Positions 9,279 through 19,584 of a stretch of 64,000 nucleotides of DNA are shown piece by piece; the stretch's first letter is position 1, and every line of letters starts with the position of its first letter. The DNA is from Syntrophorhabdaceae bacterium (lineage in GTDB: Bacteria; Desulfobacterota; Syntrophorhabdia; Syntrophorhabdales; Syntrophorhabdaceae). The stretch lies in assembly GCA_963665295.1 (NCBI GenBank), contig OY762209.1, positions 448,001 through 512,000 of the forward strand, given 5' to 3'. A program made the translations under genes and the position numbers. A model generated the notes under the pieces. The model searched no databases, had not been told where the DNA came from, and was given only the letters and a program-made list of their open reading frames with translations.

Positions 9279-11640
9279 TAGCACAAGACTTATCAGGATT
9301 GTGGCGGCGGGCTCCTCTGACGTGGGTCCGACCGAGGAACTGAAGGGGGCCATGTCCTTTTCCGAGATTAGGCAGGCCCTTTGTCAGGCCTTTGGCACTG
9401 CTTTCCCGGGAAGCGGCGGAGATATAGTTGACCTCTATCCCGACAAGGCGATCATCAGGGATGCGAGCGGGACCATGTATGAGGTGCCCTACTCTATCGA
9501 TGAGGAAGGCAAAGTTACGACAGGAGATATGGCGAAAGTGCGGAAGCAGATCGAGTACGTGCGCATGAACGCCGCACTTTCCCTTATGGGGGCCGCGGGA
9601 GAAGCTACGAACCCCGATTATGGTTACAAGTGGCACGTACAGATTCTCGTTCCCGGTCCCGACAAACAGGGCCTCTTTGACTACCTCCAGGAGGCGGTAA
9701 GAGCGGCGGCGCCCGTGTATGAGGGGGCAAAAGTGTTTGCCCTTTCCCAGGGACAACACGCGGACCCGAAGAACCCCTATGGCAAATCGGTCAGGGACCT
9801 TGTGGGCTGGATAGACGGGGTGGCGGCATCGGCGAGCGGGCTTGAGGGCACGCTCCATATCATGAAAACGGCGTCCTGGCTCCGGGATCAACTGGTGGAG
9901 CTTGAAGCGAATAAGCAGCTAAGCCTGCTCGGGCTTTCCCATGACGTGCAGGGGCAGGTAGGGAAGGTACGCGGGGCGGGGCCGAGGCCCGTTGAAAAGA
10001 TCGTGAGGGTGGATTCGGTGGATGTGGTGTATGACCCCATAGCAGGGGGAAAATTCTTGAGAATGGCCGCGGCCGGGCAAACCGGAGGGGCCGATAAGGA
10101 GGCAAAAATGCTTGTAGGACTTTTAGCGGCGTTAAAGATCGCCCGGCCGGAGGAGTACCAGAAACTGATGGCAGCGGGCAAAGTGACGGACGGCAACGCG
10201 GTGGAAGGAAAGATCACCGAAGGCGAAGTAATGGCCCTCTTCGGGGCCGCGCCCGGTTTTCCTGCCCAGGACAACAAAGAGGCAAAAGAGATCCTCGAAC
10301 AGACGAGAATCGCGTCATGCGGGATCACGCTCAACGCGGAACTTGCGGAGAGCGGGCTCCCCGTGCTTGCGGCGAACCGGGTGAGGAAGCAGTTCGAGGG
10401 CCGAGCTTTTGAGACGGAAGCCCTGCGCGCCGCAATTAAGGAAGAGAAGGAGTATATCGACAAGATTACCGGCTCCGGATCGGTCCAGGGCGCGGGCGGT
10501 CTTCGCGGTGGGCTTGAGGAGCCGGAGAAAATCCAGGCGGCCATGGATAAGATGTTCGGCGTTGACGTGGATGAGAAATTCAAGGACGTGCCCGCCATGA
10601 CGGGACTCCGGGCCGCATACGTCCACCTCACAGGGGACGATGAAGTGACGGGCAGGCCGGACAGGATGTCCAGGGAGGCGAAGAGGATCGCCGCGTCTTA
10701 TATTGAGATGCTCCGGCTTCCTGCCGCGTATGACAGCGCGTCCTTCACCTATGCATTGGGCAATTCCATGTACCGGCGACTCATTCAGGATTACCGGGAA
10801 GTAGATTACTTCGAGTCTTTTATTATCTCGAATGAGCGGAACGCAAAGGATTTCAAAACCATTGAGTCGATCCTCATCACCTACCCGGGGGACATGCCGG
10901 ACATCGACCCCGAGAGCGGCGACTATGTGGAAGAGATCGGACCCGCCACGGACGCGGAGGTCGCGTACCATGTGAACCAGAAAGGGCGGATCATCACGGT
11001 CACAAGGAAAACCATCATCAATGATGACCTGTCCGTGATCCAGCGCATTCTTTCGAGGCGCGGCCGGGCGGCGCGACGGACCTTCGCAAAGCGCGTGTGG
11101 AACCCCATTATCAATAACGCCGTGTACCTCGGGGACTCCAAAAACGTCTTCCACGCCGACCATGGAAACCTCGGGGCAGTGACCCTCACCAATGACGCGA
11201 CGGGTATTCAGACCCTCACCAACCGCAAGGTCGCCATGTTCAATCAGACTGAGCCCGGATCAGGGGAGAAGCTCGCACTTCGGCCCAGGTATCTGTGCGT
11301 GCCTATCGAGCTTGAATCGAACGCCTTTGCCCTCAATCAGCCGTGGCCCATCGCGGGGACCATCAACCCCAACGCGGGACTTTTCGGCAGGGACAACGAG
11401 AGAATCATTACGCACCCCCTATTCACTGACACCACGGACTGGGTCATGCTCGCGGACAAGACGGCAGTGGAAATGATCGAAGTGGCGTATCTCAACGGGC
11501 AGAAGGAGCCGCAACTTTTCGTGGCGGATAACCCCCTGGTAGGCCAGATGTTCTCCGGGGACAAGCTCCAATACAAGGAGCGGCACGAGTACGAAGCGGC
11601 GGTCATGGATTACAGGGGATTCGACAAGAGCGTCAGCTAG
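9268..11640 (+). CDS. Prohead protease/scaffold-major capsid fusion (Mu gpT-like C-terminal domain)
   Basis: N-terminal H...GLS...SVDVV.DP.AGG protease-like motifs; C-terminal G.II.VTR..IINDD, F.ADHGNL, E.AYLNGQ.EP, DYRG capsid motifs. The start may be 9352. Confidence 0.88.
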   Translation: MRPDSTRLIRIVAAGSSDVGPTEELKGAMSFSEIRQALCQAFGTAFPGSGGDIVDLYPDKAIIRDASGTMYEVPYSIDEEGKVTTGDMAKVRKQIEYVRMNAALSLMGAAGEATNPDYGYKWHVQILVPGPDKQGLFDYLQEAVRAAAPVYEGAKVFALSQGQHADPKNPYGKSVRDLVGWIDGVAASASGLEGTLHIMKTASWLRDQLVELEANKQLSLLGLSHDVQGQVGKVRGAGPRPVEKIVRVDSVDVVYDPIAGGKFLRMAAAGQTGGADKEAKMLVGLLAALKIARPEEYQKLMAAGKVTDGNAVEGKITEGEVMALFGAAPGFPAQDNKEAKEILEQTRIASCGITLNAELAESGLPVLAANRVRKQFEGRAFETEALRAAIKEEKEYIDKITGSGSVQGAGGLRGGLEEPEKIQAAMDKMFGVDVDEKFKDVPAMTGLRAAYVHLTGDDEVTGRPDRMSREAKRIAASYIEMLRLPAAYDSASFTYALGNSMYRRLIQDYREVDYFESFIISNERNAKDFKTIESILITYPGDMPDIDPESGDYVEEIGPATDAEVAYHVNQKGRIITVTRKTIINDDLSVIQRILSRRGRAARRTFAKRVWNPIINNAVYLGDSKNVFHADHGNLGAVTLTNDATGIQTLTNRKVAMFNQTEPGSGEKLALRPRYLCVPIELESNAFALNQPWPIAGTINPNAGLFGRDNERIITHPLFTDTTDWVMLADKTAVEMIEVAYLNGQKEPQLFVADNPLVGQMFSGDKLQYKERHEYEAAVMDYRGFDKSVS

Positions 11641-11661
11641 ACGGGCGCGGACAGATAAGGG

Positions 11662-11690
11662 CGTCCCCGGGGCGATCAGCGCCGGGGACG
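11662..11690 (+). promoter_or_regulatory. GC-rich hairpin after the capsid gene (stability or attenuation element)
   Basis: CGTCCCCGG...CCGGGGACG 9-bp inverted repeat; no U-tract. Confidence 0.5.
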
Positions 11691-11722
11691 GGCAGCACAA
11701 AACAATCAAGGAGGATGGATAT

Positions 11723-12949
11723 ATGACAAATTACAAAGGCATACACAGGACGGCGTTGACCCTTTGGGCCGCGCTTTTTGTTCTGTTCATGGCAGCGGGC
11801 TACGCGCCGGACGCCTCGGCCTACAGTGTCAAGCAGATATGGGCAAGGTTCTCGGCTACGGCCGGGGAGACCCTTTCCACCGGGGACGTGGTGGTGATCA
11901 AATCGGCTGACGGATATGCCTGGAAGGCGAACGCGGCAAGCGGATCGCTCAGGCCCGCCGTGGGCGTGGTGGGCAAATCGGGGACAGCAGGGTCCACCGT
12001 GGAGATCATCGTCAACGGGATCGTCACGGGCTGGACTTCCTTGAGTAAGGGTTCTCCCGGATATGTCTCAGGAACTACGGCCGGGGCAATCACCCAGTCG
12101 AGCCCCGCCTATTCCCAGCAGGTGGGATATGCGATCAACGCGACGGATTATGTGATCAACTGCCGGTCGTATTTTGACACCACGTCGCTGACGGCCCTGG
12201 GGACGCTGACCGGGGCGACGCCGCTAGTGCTCGAAGGGGCAACGGCTGACGCGTTTCAGACCACCATTGCGGTGACCGACCCCACGGCGGCAAGGACCTT
12301 TACTCTCCCGGATGCTTCGGGTGTGCCCGTACTTTCGGCGGGCGTGCCGGAGGCGGCAACCTCCGTGTGGGGAACGGCAAACGGATTTGTTTTCGAGGGC
12401 GCCACGGCAAACGCCTTCGAGACCACGTTGACGGTCACAGACCCCACGGCGGACAGGACGTTCACTCTCCCTGACGGATCGGGTACCGCCATGGTATCGA
12501 GTCTTGCCACCAATGCCCCTGACGTAGCGGACAGCGTATGGGGAGCGTCGAACGGCCTTGTATTCGAGGGGGCTACCGCCGACGCCTATGAGACGACTAT
12601 CACACCTACGGACCCTACGGCCGACAGAACCGTAACCATTCCCGACGCGAGCGGCACCGTGAGCCTTAATTGCACGGCCACCCACAACTACGCGGGGGCG
12701 GCCGCGGACTGGACCATGACGGCGGCTGAGGCGGCCTGTTCCTTTGTTACCGTGAGTAATGCCAACGGGGCGGTGAAGGCTATCCTTCCGGCAGCGCAGG
12801 CGGGAAAGCTCTGGTTTGTGTCAAACGGGTCAGGCCAGACCCTGACATTCCAGGTTACCGGCCAGACCGGGGCGACCCTTGCCACGTCCAAGGTGGGCCT
12901 TTACGCGGGCACCGCGGCTGATGTGTTCGAAATCTACGAACAGCCCTAA
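11723..12949 (+). CDS. Capsid decoration/head-fibre-like protein with N-terminal signal-peptide-like segment and three internal repeats
   Basis: AGETL..GDVV...A.G.V...G..V.I...G.V.G cement-like domain; three copies of [FL]EGATA.A[FY].TT...TDPTA.RT.T.PD.SG. Confidence 0.7.
   Translation: MTNYKGIHRTALTLWAALFVLFMAAGYAPDASAYSVKQIWARFSATAGETLSTGDVVVIKSADGYAWKANAASGSLRPAVGVVGKSGTAGSTVEIIVNGIVTGWTSLSKGSPGYVSGTTAGAITQSSPAYSQQVGYAINATDYVINCRSYFDTTSLTALGTLTGATPLVLEGATADAFQTTIAVTDPTAARTFTLPDASGVPVLSAGVPEAATSVWGTANGFVFEGATANAFETTLTVTDPTADRTFTLPDGSGTAMVSSLATNAPDVADSVWGASNGLVFEGATADAYETTITPTDPTADRTVTIPDASGTVSLNCTATHNYAGAAADWTMTAAEAACSFVTVSNANGAVKAILPAAQAGKLWFVSNGSGQTLTFQVTGQTGATLATSKVGLYAGTAADVFEIYEQP
12230..12655 (+). 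repeat. Three imperfect ~90-nt intragenic repeats
   Basis: Copies start at about 12230, 12392 and 12563; visible at both DNA and protein level. Confidence 0.85.
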
Positions 12950-13010
12950 CAGCCCGCTTCAATGATCAGAGCCGGGGCGGGACACGGCCCCGGCATCAAA
13001 ATGGAGAAAT

Positions 13011-13781
13011 ATGAGCACGCATAACGATATCAGGACAAGGGTAATCGCAATCGTAAAAGACGGATCGGGGAAATTGCTTCTCCTTCCGGACCATGATATT
13101 ACCGACCCGGTGACCCATGCGGTGATTACGGCGGGGAGGCTCAATTCTCAAGGGGCGCTCACCAATCCGGACGATTACGACCGAAAGATCACGGCGGCCC
13201 TTAACCGGTACAGCAAATTCCGGCCCGATATCAACGCGATCGATATCACGGGGAACGGGACGCATGACTATGACCTGCCCTCCGGATGGAGCCACGAGTT
13301 TTCGATGATCGCGAGCCTCGAATACCCCATGGGGAACATGCCGGAGACCATCCTTGACCTGGAGGACTTCGGGATTTACCAGACTCCCACGGGGCAAAAA
13401 ATGAGGATCAGGACGGCCGCGCCCAGGGCAACGGAAAAGTTCCGCTTGACCTACACCGTCCTGAGATCAGCCACAACGGTGCCCGATATCGACGTGGATG
13501 CATTCTGCAACCTCGCGGCCTCGATGTGCCTGGAAGACCTTGCGAACGCCTTCGCCCAGACTTCGGACCCGACGATTGACGCCGATTCCGTCAATTACAG
13601 GACCAAATCAGCGGAGTTCGCGGCCAGGGCAAAGAGGCTTTTCCAACTCTACAAGGACCATATCGGGATCAAGGAAGACGACACCACGCCTCCGGCAACG
13701 GCTGTCGCTGATTTCGACAACAAGTATCCGGGCGGATCGGCGCGGCTCACCCATCCAAAGTGGGCGCGGGAGAGGCGCTGA
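13011..13781 (+). CDS. Putative head-tail adaptor/completion protein
   Basis: Position between head and neck genes; GGAG RBS. Confidence 0.6.
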   Translation: MSTHNDIRTRVIAIVKDGSGKLLLLPDHDITDPVTHAVITAGRLNSQGALTNPDDYDRKITAALNRYSKFRPDINAIDITGNGTHDYDLPSGWSHEFSMIASLEYPMGNMPETILDLEDFGIYQTPTGQKMRIRTAAPRATEKFRLTYTVLRSATTVPDIDVDAFCNLAASMCLEDLANAFAQTSDPTIDADSVNYRTKSAEFAARAKRLFQLYKDHIGIKEDDTTPPATAVADFDNKYPGGSARLTHPKWARERR

Positions 13782-14284
13782 TGCAGATAAAAGCCACGAT
13801 CACGGTCAAGGGGAATGTGTTCAACGGCAAAGGGCCGGAGATCGTGCAGGCGGAGCTTGTGGCGGGGATGACCGAGGCCGTGGCATTCATGGAAAGAGAG
13901 GTTAAAATACGAACCCCGGTGGGGGTGTATGGAGCGCAGGGCGGACTACTCGCCACGATACAACACGGTGTGGCTCACGGCGCTATGATGGCGAAAGGGC
14001 TCGTATGGCACGGCAAAGCGAAGTATGGGGACGTGATTGAGAAGGGCCGGACGGCGGGAAAGGGAATGCCTCCGGAGGGAACGCTTTTGCGATGGATCGA
14101 GGTGAAACTGGGTCTCGATGAAAAGGCGGCGGCAAAGATCGAATTCGCGGTGAGACGGAAGATCGGGAAGAAAGGATTTGAGGGGGCGCACATGTTCGAG
14201 GAGGGCTTTAACGAGGGCTGGCCGACGGTCCAACGCATCTTTGAAAAAAGGGGATTTGAAATCGCACGGGAGCTTGAGAAGTGA
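13781..14284 (+). CDS. HK97 gp10-like neck/virion morphogenesis protein
   Basis: TPVG..G.L...I...Y..VIE.G...I.KKG..G.HMF motif set. Confidence 0.7.
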   Translation: MQIKATITVKGNVFNGKGPEIVQAELVAGMTEAVAFMEREVKIRTPVGVYGAQGGLLATIQHGVAHGAMMAKGLVWHGKAKYGDVIEKGRTAGKGMPPEGTLLRWIEVKLGLDEKAAAKIEFAVRRKIGKKGFEGAHMFEEGFNEGWPTVQRIFEKRGFEIARELEK

Positions 14285-14856
14285 GCGACGCCATTTTGAG
14301 AGCAAATATAAAGACGAAGCTCGAAACTGTTTCCGGCATTGGCATCGTCTACGATTACGAAAGATTTGCCGCCGACGACGGCAGGTTTATCGAGCTTTTT
14401 AAACATTCAAACGGCAAGATCATGGGCTGGGAGATCACCCGTAACGCGGTCCCGAAGATAGAACCCCGCGGGGGTAAATTCCGGGTGACCCACGCGTATT
14501 TGATCAAAGGCTATTATGGCCTTAGGGACGCCGACAGGTCGGAGGTCGCCATGAATGTGATTGTGGACGCGGTCCTTCTGACTTTCATGTCCGCAAAGAC
14601 CACGGGCGCGGCATCGCACACGCTGCCCAGGGTAAATACAATCCATGCGCGGACCTTCGGGCAGGTCCTCTGCCACTACGCGGAAATTGCGATCGACGTG
14701 CCGGAGATCGTGGAAAAGACATGCACCGAAACAATAGCCGACCTTTACCGGCTGGGCCTCAATTATTACCTCCAGCCGGAACACCCCGTTGACGGGGAAG
14801 TTATAGACGCGACGGACGTGGTGATCGTCCAGGAACCGCCGGACGAACCGGCGTAA
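14281..14856 (+). CDS. Putative tail terminator/completion protein
   Basis: Position before the gp38-like gene and sheath; F..VLCHYAEI motif. Confidence 0.6.
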   Translation: MSDAILRANIKTKLETVSGIGIVYDYERFAADDGRFIELFKHSNGKIMGWEITRNAVPKIEPRGGKFRVTHAYLIKGYYGLRDADRSEVAMNVIVDAVLLTFMSAKTTGAASHTLPRVNTIHARTFGQVLCHYAEIAIDVPEIVEKTCTETIADLYRLGLNYYLQPEHPVDGEVIDATDVVIVQEPPDEPA

Positions 14857-14870
14857 CGAGGAGGAGATTT

Positions 14871-15062
14871 ATGAGCATGAAAGTCATAGCAGCGCCGGGC
14901 ACGAGGTGCCCGATGGAAGGGAAACCGAGGGAATACGTCACCGATTCGGAACCGGTGGACGTGCCGGAAAGCAGTTATTACAACAGGCTGTTGAAAGACG
15001 GGTCGATCTACCGTGCGGACGTGGTGTTGACGCCCCCCGGGAAGCCTGTCAAAAGGAGGTAA
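14871..15062 (+). CDS. Mu gp38-like (DUF2635) small protein
   Basis: V.A.PG..CP.E...V.VP.S.YY.R.L.DG motif directly before the sheath. Confidence 0.8.
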   Translation: MSMKVIAAPGTRCPMEGKPREYVTDSEPVDVPESSYYNRLLKDGSIYRADVVLTPPGKPVKRR

Positions 15063-15063
15063 C

Positions 15064-16851
15064 ATGGCGAGCGAACATATCAGTTTTGACACCATCCCCG
15101 CCTCGATCAGGAAGCCGGGGAAGTATTTCGAGTTCAATACGAAACTGGCGGTAAGGACCCTGCCAAACAATCTCCAGCGGGTCCTTATCATCGCCCAGAG
15201 GCTCGCCGCGGGGACCGTGGCGAAGGCGATACCCACGAAGGTTTTCAGCGATACGGAGGCGGAAAAGTATTTCGGCGCGGGTTCCATGGCCCACCTCATG
15301 GTGAGGGCCGCGATCACCGCGAACCCCTACCTCGACCTCACGGTGGTGGCTCTCGATGACGCGGATCAGGGCGTTCACGCGCAGGGGACGATAGCCATCA
15401 CAGGCCCGGCCACATCGGCGGGGGCGCTCACCCTGTATATCGGGAACAAGGCAATCATTATCGCCATCGCGAACGCGGACACGGCGACGGCCATCGCGAC
15501 GGCGCTCAAAACGGAGATGGACAAGTACACGGACCTGCCTGTCACGGTGGCCAGGGACACGGCGACACTCACCCTCACCGCCAAGAACGCGGGTCTTTGC
15601 GGGAACGGGATCGGCCTCGGGTATTCCGTCACGGCCGGGGGCGTGGGGGTGACGAACGCGGTCAATGCGAAAGGGACGATCACCATGATGGGCCTCGCCA
15701 TTGCGGACGAGACGTTTACCGTGGGGGCACAACAGTTCACCTGGAAAGCGGCGCGGGGAGGCGCGGGGCAGGTCACCATCGGGGCGACTCCCGACGCGGC
15801 ATGCGCCAACATCATCGCGGCGATCACCGCGGACCTCGCCACGGTCACGGCCGTGAGAGGCGCGGGAAATACCGTGATTGTCACCGCGGCAACGGCGGGG
15901 GCGGCGGGAAACAACATCGTCCTCACGGAGAACTCGACAAACATGGGCGTTGACGGCACGGGGACCCTCGGGGGCACCATTGCCGGCGCGGACGCCACGG
16001 TCGATATCTCGGCCATGACGGGCGGGGCCACGAACCCCGACATCCAGGACGCACTCGACGCGGTGGTAGCGGATCAGTACGAGATCATTGTCACCCCCCT
16101 TAACAATCAGACCGACCTGACCACCCTCACGGATCACCTGGACCTCGTGTCCGGACCCATGGAGCAAAGGCCGGGAATTGGCGTTTATGCTCACAACGGG
16201 GCGCTCGCGACATGCACGACCCTTACGGGGCAGGTAAACCACGGGCGGGTATTATGCGCCTATCTCAGGTACACGGACAGCACCCCGAGAAAGAGCACGC
16301 CCTATGAAATAGCCGCCGCCATGGGTGCGGTAATGGCGGGAGAAGAGGACCCCGCGCGGCCGCTCAACACCCTTGAGCTTAAAGGCATTGCCGTGCCGGG
16401 CATCGCGGACAGGCTGTCGAGGACCGAACAGGAAAGTCTCCTTTACAACGGGGCGACGCCCATCGAGGTAGGCCCGGGAGAGACGGTCCAGATCGTGCGG
16501 ACAATCAGCACGTACGTCCACGACGCCCAGGGGATTGATGATAGCAGTCTCCTCGATATCACCACGATCAGGACTCTCGACTATGTGAGAAAGGCGTGCC
16601 GGGAGCGCGTGGCCCTCCGGTTCCCCCGGGAAAAGCTTTCGAGTAAGACCCCGGCAAAGGTCCGCGCGGAGTTGCTGGACGTACTGCTGAAACTTGAGGC
16701 TCTGGAGATAGTAGAACAGGTGGAAGCGAACAAAGACGGGCTCATCGTGGAGCGGGACGCCCGGGATGTGAACAGGCTCGACGCGAAGATACCGTGCGAC
16801 GTGGTCAACGGCCTGCACGTGTTCGCGGGCAGGATCGACCTATTACTCTAG
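15064..16851 (+). CDS. Tail sheath protein (Mu gpL-like)
   Basis: I.F..IP..IR.PG.Y.EF N-terminus, DPARPL..L.L.G, E...LL..G..P, TIRTL.YVR, P.DVVNGLHVFA C-terminus. Confidence 0.93.
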   Translation: MASEHISFDTIPASIRKPGKYFEFNTKLAVRTLPNNLQRVLIIAQRLAAGTVAKAIPTKVFSDTEAEKYFGAGSMAHLMVRAAITANPYLDLTVVALDDADQGVHAQGTIAITGPATSAGALTLYIGNKAIIIAIANADTATAIATALKTEMDKYTDLPVTVARDTATLTLTAKNAGLCGNGIGLGYSVTAGGVGVTNAVNAKGTITMMGLAIADETFTVGAQQFTWKAARGGAGQVTIGATPDAACANIIAAITADLATVTAVRGAGNTVIVTAATAGAAGNNIVLTENSTNMGVDGTGTLGGTIAGADATVDISAMTGGATNPDIQDALDAVVADQYEIIVTPLNNQTDLTTLTDHLDLVSGPMEQRPGIGVYAHNGALATCTTLTGQVNHGRVLCAYLRYTDSTPRKSTPYEIAAAMGAVMAGEEDPARPLNTLELKGIAVPGIADRLSRTEQESLLYNGATPIEVGPGETVQIVRTISTYVHDAQGIDDSSLLDITTIRTLDYVRKACRERVALRFPREKLSSKTPAKVRAELLDVLLKLEALEIVEQVEANKDGLIVERDARDVNRLDAKIPCDVVNGLHVFAGRIDLLL

Positions 16852-16860
16852 GAGGATAAG

Positions 16861-17229
16861 ATGGCTGATGAATATGTAAGTATTGTGATTCTGGAGATAA
16901 ACGGGCAGCAGATAGATGATTTCAAGAAGGTCCGGGAGGGGGAACGGGAGATCCGCAAGACCATCCAACTCGCTCGGAAGATCGGGGTTGTCCGGGTGGT
17001 ACGGGGATATCCCCTTGAAGTGGATTACCTCATACCCCTCGATGCGCCGGAATTCGATTTCGAGGCAGAGTTTGAGGATGGGGACGGAACGCTCACCATC
17101 GACTATGAAAACGGCACGAGAAAGGTCTATTCCGGAGTTACCCTGATCAAGGTGGGTAAGACGGAGTACCCGGACGAGGAAGGAGCGTATAAAACCATAG
17201 AGCTTATCGCCACGAAGGTGACTACATGA
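16861..17229 (+). CDS. Tail tube protein
   Basis: 122 aa, beta-rich, directly after the sheath. Confidence 0.75.
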   Translation: MADEYVSIVILEINGQQIDDFKKVREGEREIRKTIQLARKIGVVRVVRGYPLEVDYLIPLDAPEFDFEAEFEDGDGTLTIDYENGTRKVYSGVTLIKVGKTEYPDEEGAYKTIELIATKVTT

Positions 17230-17750
17230 GCCTTCTCGAAAAGATCAAGGCGGGCAAAAGGCACGCAAGGGTGATCAAGTTTCCCGGGTCGGATGAGGAC
17301 GTCGCTCTCCAGGTGCTCTCGAACCATGATATTCAGGAAGCGGTATTCGCCGCCGAAAATCTCTTTAAGCGGGCGGGAATGGAGATCACGGGGAGCACCA
17401 TGGACGCCTACGAGGACGAACGCACCACGCAGATCCTTTTCAGGGCTCTTCGGGACCCTGCCGACCCGAAAAAGCCCTTCGCGTCAAATGTGGATGAGCT
17501 AAGAAAGGGCCTCACCAAAGCCGAAAAGGAGGTCCTTGTCAGGGAATATTACGACCATGAGCGGGAATGCTCGCCCGATTTTGCCCACATCCCCGATGAG
17601 GAATTCGAGGAAATATGGGCCGAATTAAAAAAAAATCCTCAGACCCTTTCGAGCGTTTCAAGTTCAACAATGCTGAGAGGGCTGCTCACCTATTTGGCGT
17701 CCCTGCCGTCGAACTCACCGACGGACAGTGGCTTTACATCCTCGTCATGA
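17226..17750 (+). CDS. Tail assembly chaperone (gpG-like)
   Basis: Between tube and tape measure; contains a slippery A9 run. Confidence 0.8.
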   Translation: MSLLEKIKAGKRHARVIKFPGSDEDVALQVLSNHDIQEAVFAAENLFKRAGMEITGSTMDAYEDERTTQILFRALRDPADPKKPFASNVDELRKGLTKAEKEVLVREYYDHERECSPDFAHIPDEEFEEIWAELKKNPQTLSSVSSSTMLRGLLTYLASLPSNSPTDSGFTSSS

Positions 17751-17860
17751 GGTCGGAGGACCTGGACGAGGACAAGAGGAGAGACAAGGGCGAGAAGCCC
17801 AGGTTCAAGGAATCCATCGTAAGGCGTAAAGGGAGACAATGGCAAACCAAGCGAAGATAG
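17625..17860 (+). other. Programmed -1 frameshift site (TTAAAAAAAAAT) and gpGT-like extension
   Basis: A9 at 17627-17635; the -1 frame is open to 17860 and encodes ...LFGVPAVELTDGQW... Confidence 0.8.
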
Positions 17861-19584
17861 AGTTCACAGGGGATAGCTCAAAGCTGGCCACGGAAGTCAC
17901 GAGATCGGAACACATGGTCCGGTCGTTCGGGACCGGGGTGAGGAATACCTTCGCCAACGTCAACCGGTACATAGACGCGGCGACACAGCATTTCGGGTTT
18001 TTCGGCACGGCGGTTGCCGCGTTCACGAGCGGGGCGGTCCTCAAGAAGCTCTTCAGCCCCTCCGACTATATTCCTATTGATAACGCCCTGTTGATGATGC
18101 AAATGAACCTAAAGATGACCGCGAAAGAGCTTGGCGGTTTCAAGAAGGAACTGGCCGGTCTCTCGGGAGAGAAGGGCGTTGATATCGACCTCATATTCGG
18201 GAAGGCGGCTAAGCTGTCGAGGGGATACAAACCAGAGGATATCAAGAGCATCATAAGCGAGGGATTGAGGGGAGCGGAGGCGACGTCACAGGACCCCGGG
18301 GCTTTTATCGACACGGTTGTGAAAATCATGAAAATGTACAACAAGGGGGCCGATGACGCCAAGGATATAGCGAATTCCCTTATTGCCTCACGGGTGAATA
18401 TCGAGCAGCTTGGAACCATCCTTGATCGTGGCGTGATCAGGGGAGGAGCGGGCAAGGAGTATGAAGAAATCGTGGCGATCCTCGGGGCGCTCGGCAAAGC
18501 CGGGGTAGATTCAACCCGAGCCGTCGCCTCCCTGGAGAACATCCTCACCACGATACAAGACAAAACATTGAACCTCAAGGCGAGCGGCATTGAACTCTTT
18601 AAAATTGACCCCAAGACCGGGGAAAAGACCAAAAAGAGCATTGTGGAAATCGTGAACGAGCTTGGGGCGAAGATAGACGAGGCCACAAAGAAGGGCGTAG
18701 CCCTCCAGCGCATCAAGGAGGATTTCGACAAAGCTCTGAGCGGAGGGTCCTATGAGGCGGTGAAATTCCTGCTCAATCACCTTGGCATAATTCAACAGGA
18801 GCTTGAAAAGAAAGGACGAAAAGCGGAGATAGCCGCTGAAATGGGCATAACAGCCGATGAGAAATGGGAGAAGGCACTGGGAAGAATCAGGGAGCACCTC
18901 AAGGGCATGAAGACGGACCTGGAAGGCGTCTATAACGTCGCAAAGCGGCCCGTGAAGTTTCTTGCCGAATCGCCCAACCTCGTCAAAAGCGCCGGATGGG
19001 GAGCAGCTTTCGGGGCGCTCACCATCGGGGGGTATGTAATAAGCAAGAAGGGCATGGGCTTTCTGAAGAGCATAGGAAGCACTGCGGCGGGGGTGGCCGA
19101 GGGTAAAGCCCTTGAGTCGGCGGCGGGGATTACACCTGTTTTCGTGACGGGAGGAACACTGAATAACGTAAGCTCCGTCCCAGGAATAAGCTCTTCCATA
19201 TCCACTTTAGGTGCTGTGCTGCCGCTGGCAATCGGAACGGCAGTGGTGGCGGCGTTCCTCTCTCATGCTTCAGATCCGGAAGTGAAGAAGGAGAGCGAGA
19301 CAAGAGCGGCCCAAGCCAGAGTGGCGGAAGCGAGAGTCCGAAGAATGACCGAGGAATACCTGTCTACTGCAAAGGAGACAAGGAGGTCGGGGGCGTCGAA
19401 GATCGTTGAGACAATGGACCTCGAAACGGGAAAGGTTTCCAAAACCACGGAAAGACCGGCGATAACAAACGAGATCACCATCAACATGGAGATCGACAAA
19501 TCAGGTCAGACGGTCGTCCAAAGCAGCGACCCAAAGACCCGCCTCGACGTCAAACGAGGAGGATTCTTTCCGAATGGCCGATGA
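17839..19584 (+). CDS. Tape measure protein
   Basis: 581 aa, helical, Ala/Gly/Lys-rich, with TPVFVT motif; canonical position. Confidence 0.85.
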   Translation: MANQAKIEFTGDSSKLATEVTRSEHMVRSFGTGVRNTFANVNRYIDAATQHFGFFGTAVAAFTSGAVLKKLFSPSDYIPIDNALLMMQMNLKMTAKELGGFKKELAGLSGEKGVDIDLIFGKAAKLSRGYKPEDIKSIISEGLRGAEATSQDPGAFIDTVVKIMKMYNKGADDAKDIANSLIASRVNIEQLGTILDRGVIRGGAGKEYEEIVAILGALGKAGVDSTRAVASLENILTTIQDKTLNLKASGIELFKIDPKTGEKTKKSIVEIVNELGAKIDEATKKGVALQRIKEDFDKALSGGSYEAVKFLLNHLGIIQQELEKKGRKAEIAAEMGITADEKWEKALGRIREHLKGMKTDLEGVYNVAKRPVKFLAESPNLVKSAGWGAAFGALTIGGYVISKKGMGFLKSIGSTAAGVAEGKALESAAGITPVFVTGGTLNNVSSVPGISSSISTLGAVLPLAIGTAVVAAFLSHASDPEVKKESETRAAQARVAEARVRRMTEEYLSTAKETRRSGASKIVETMDLETGKVSKTTERPAITNEITINMEIDKSGQTVVQSSDPKTRLDVKRGGFFPNGR

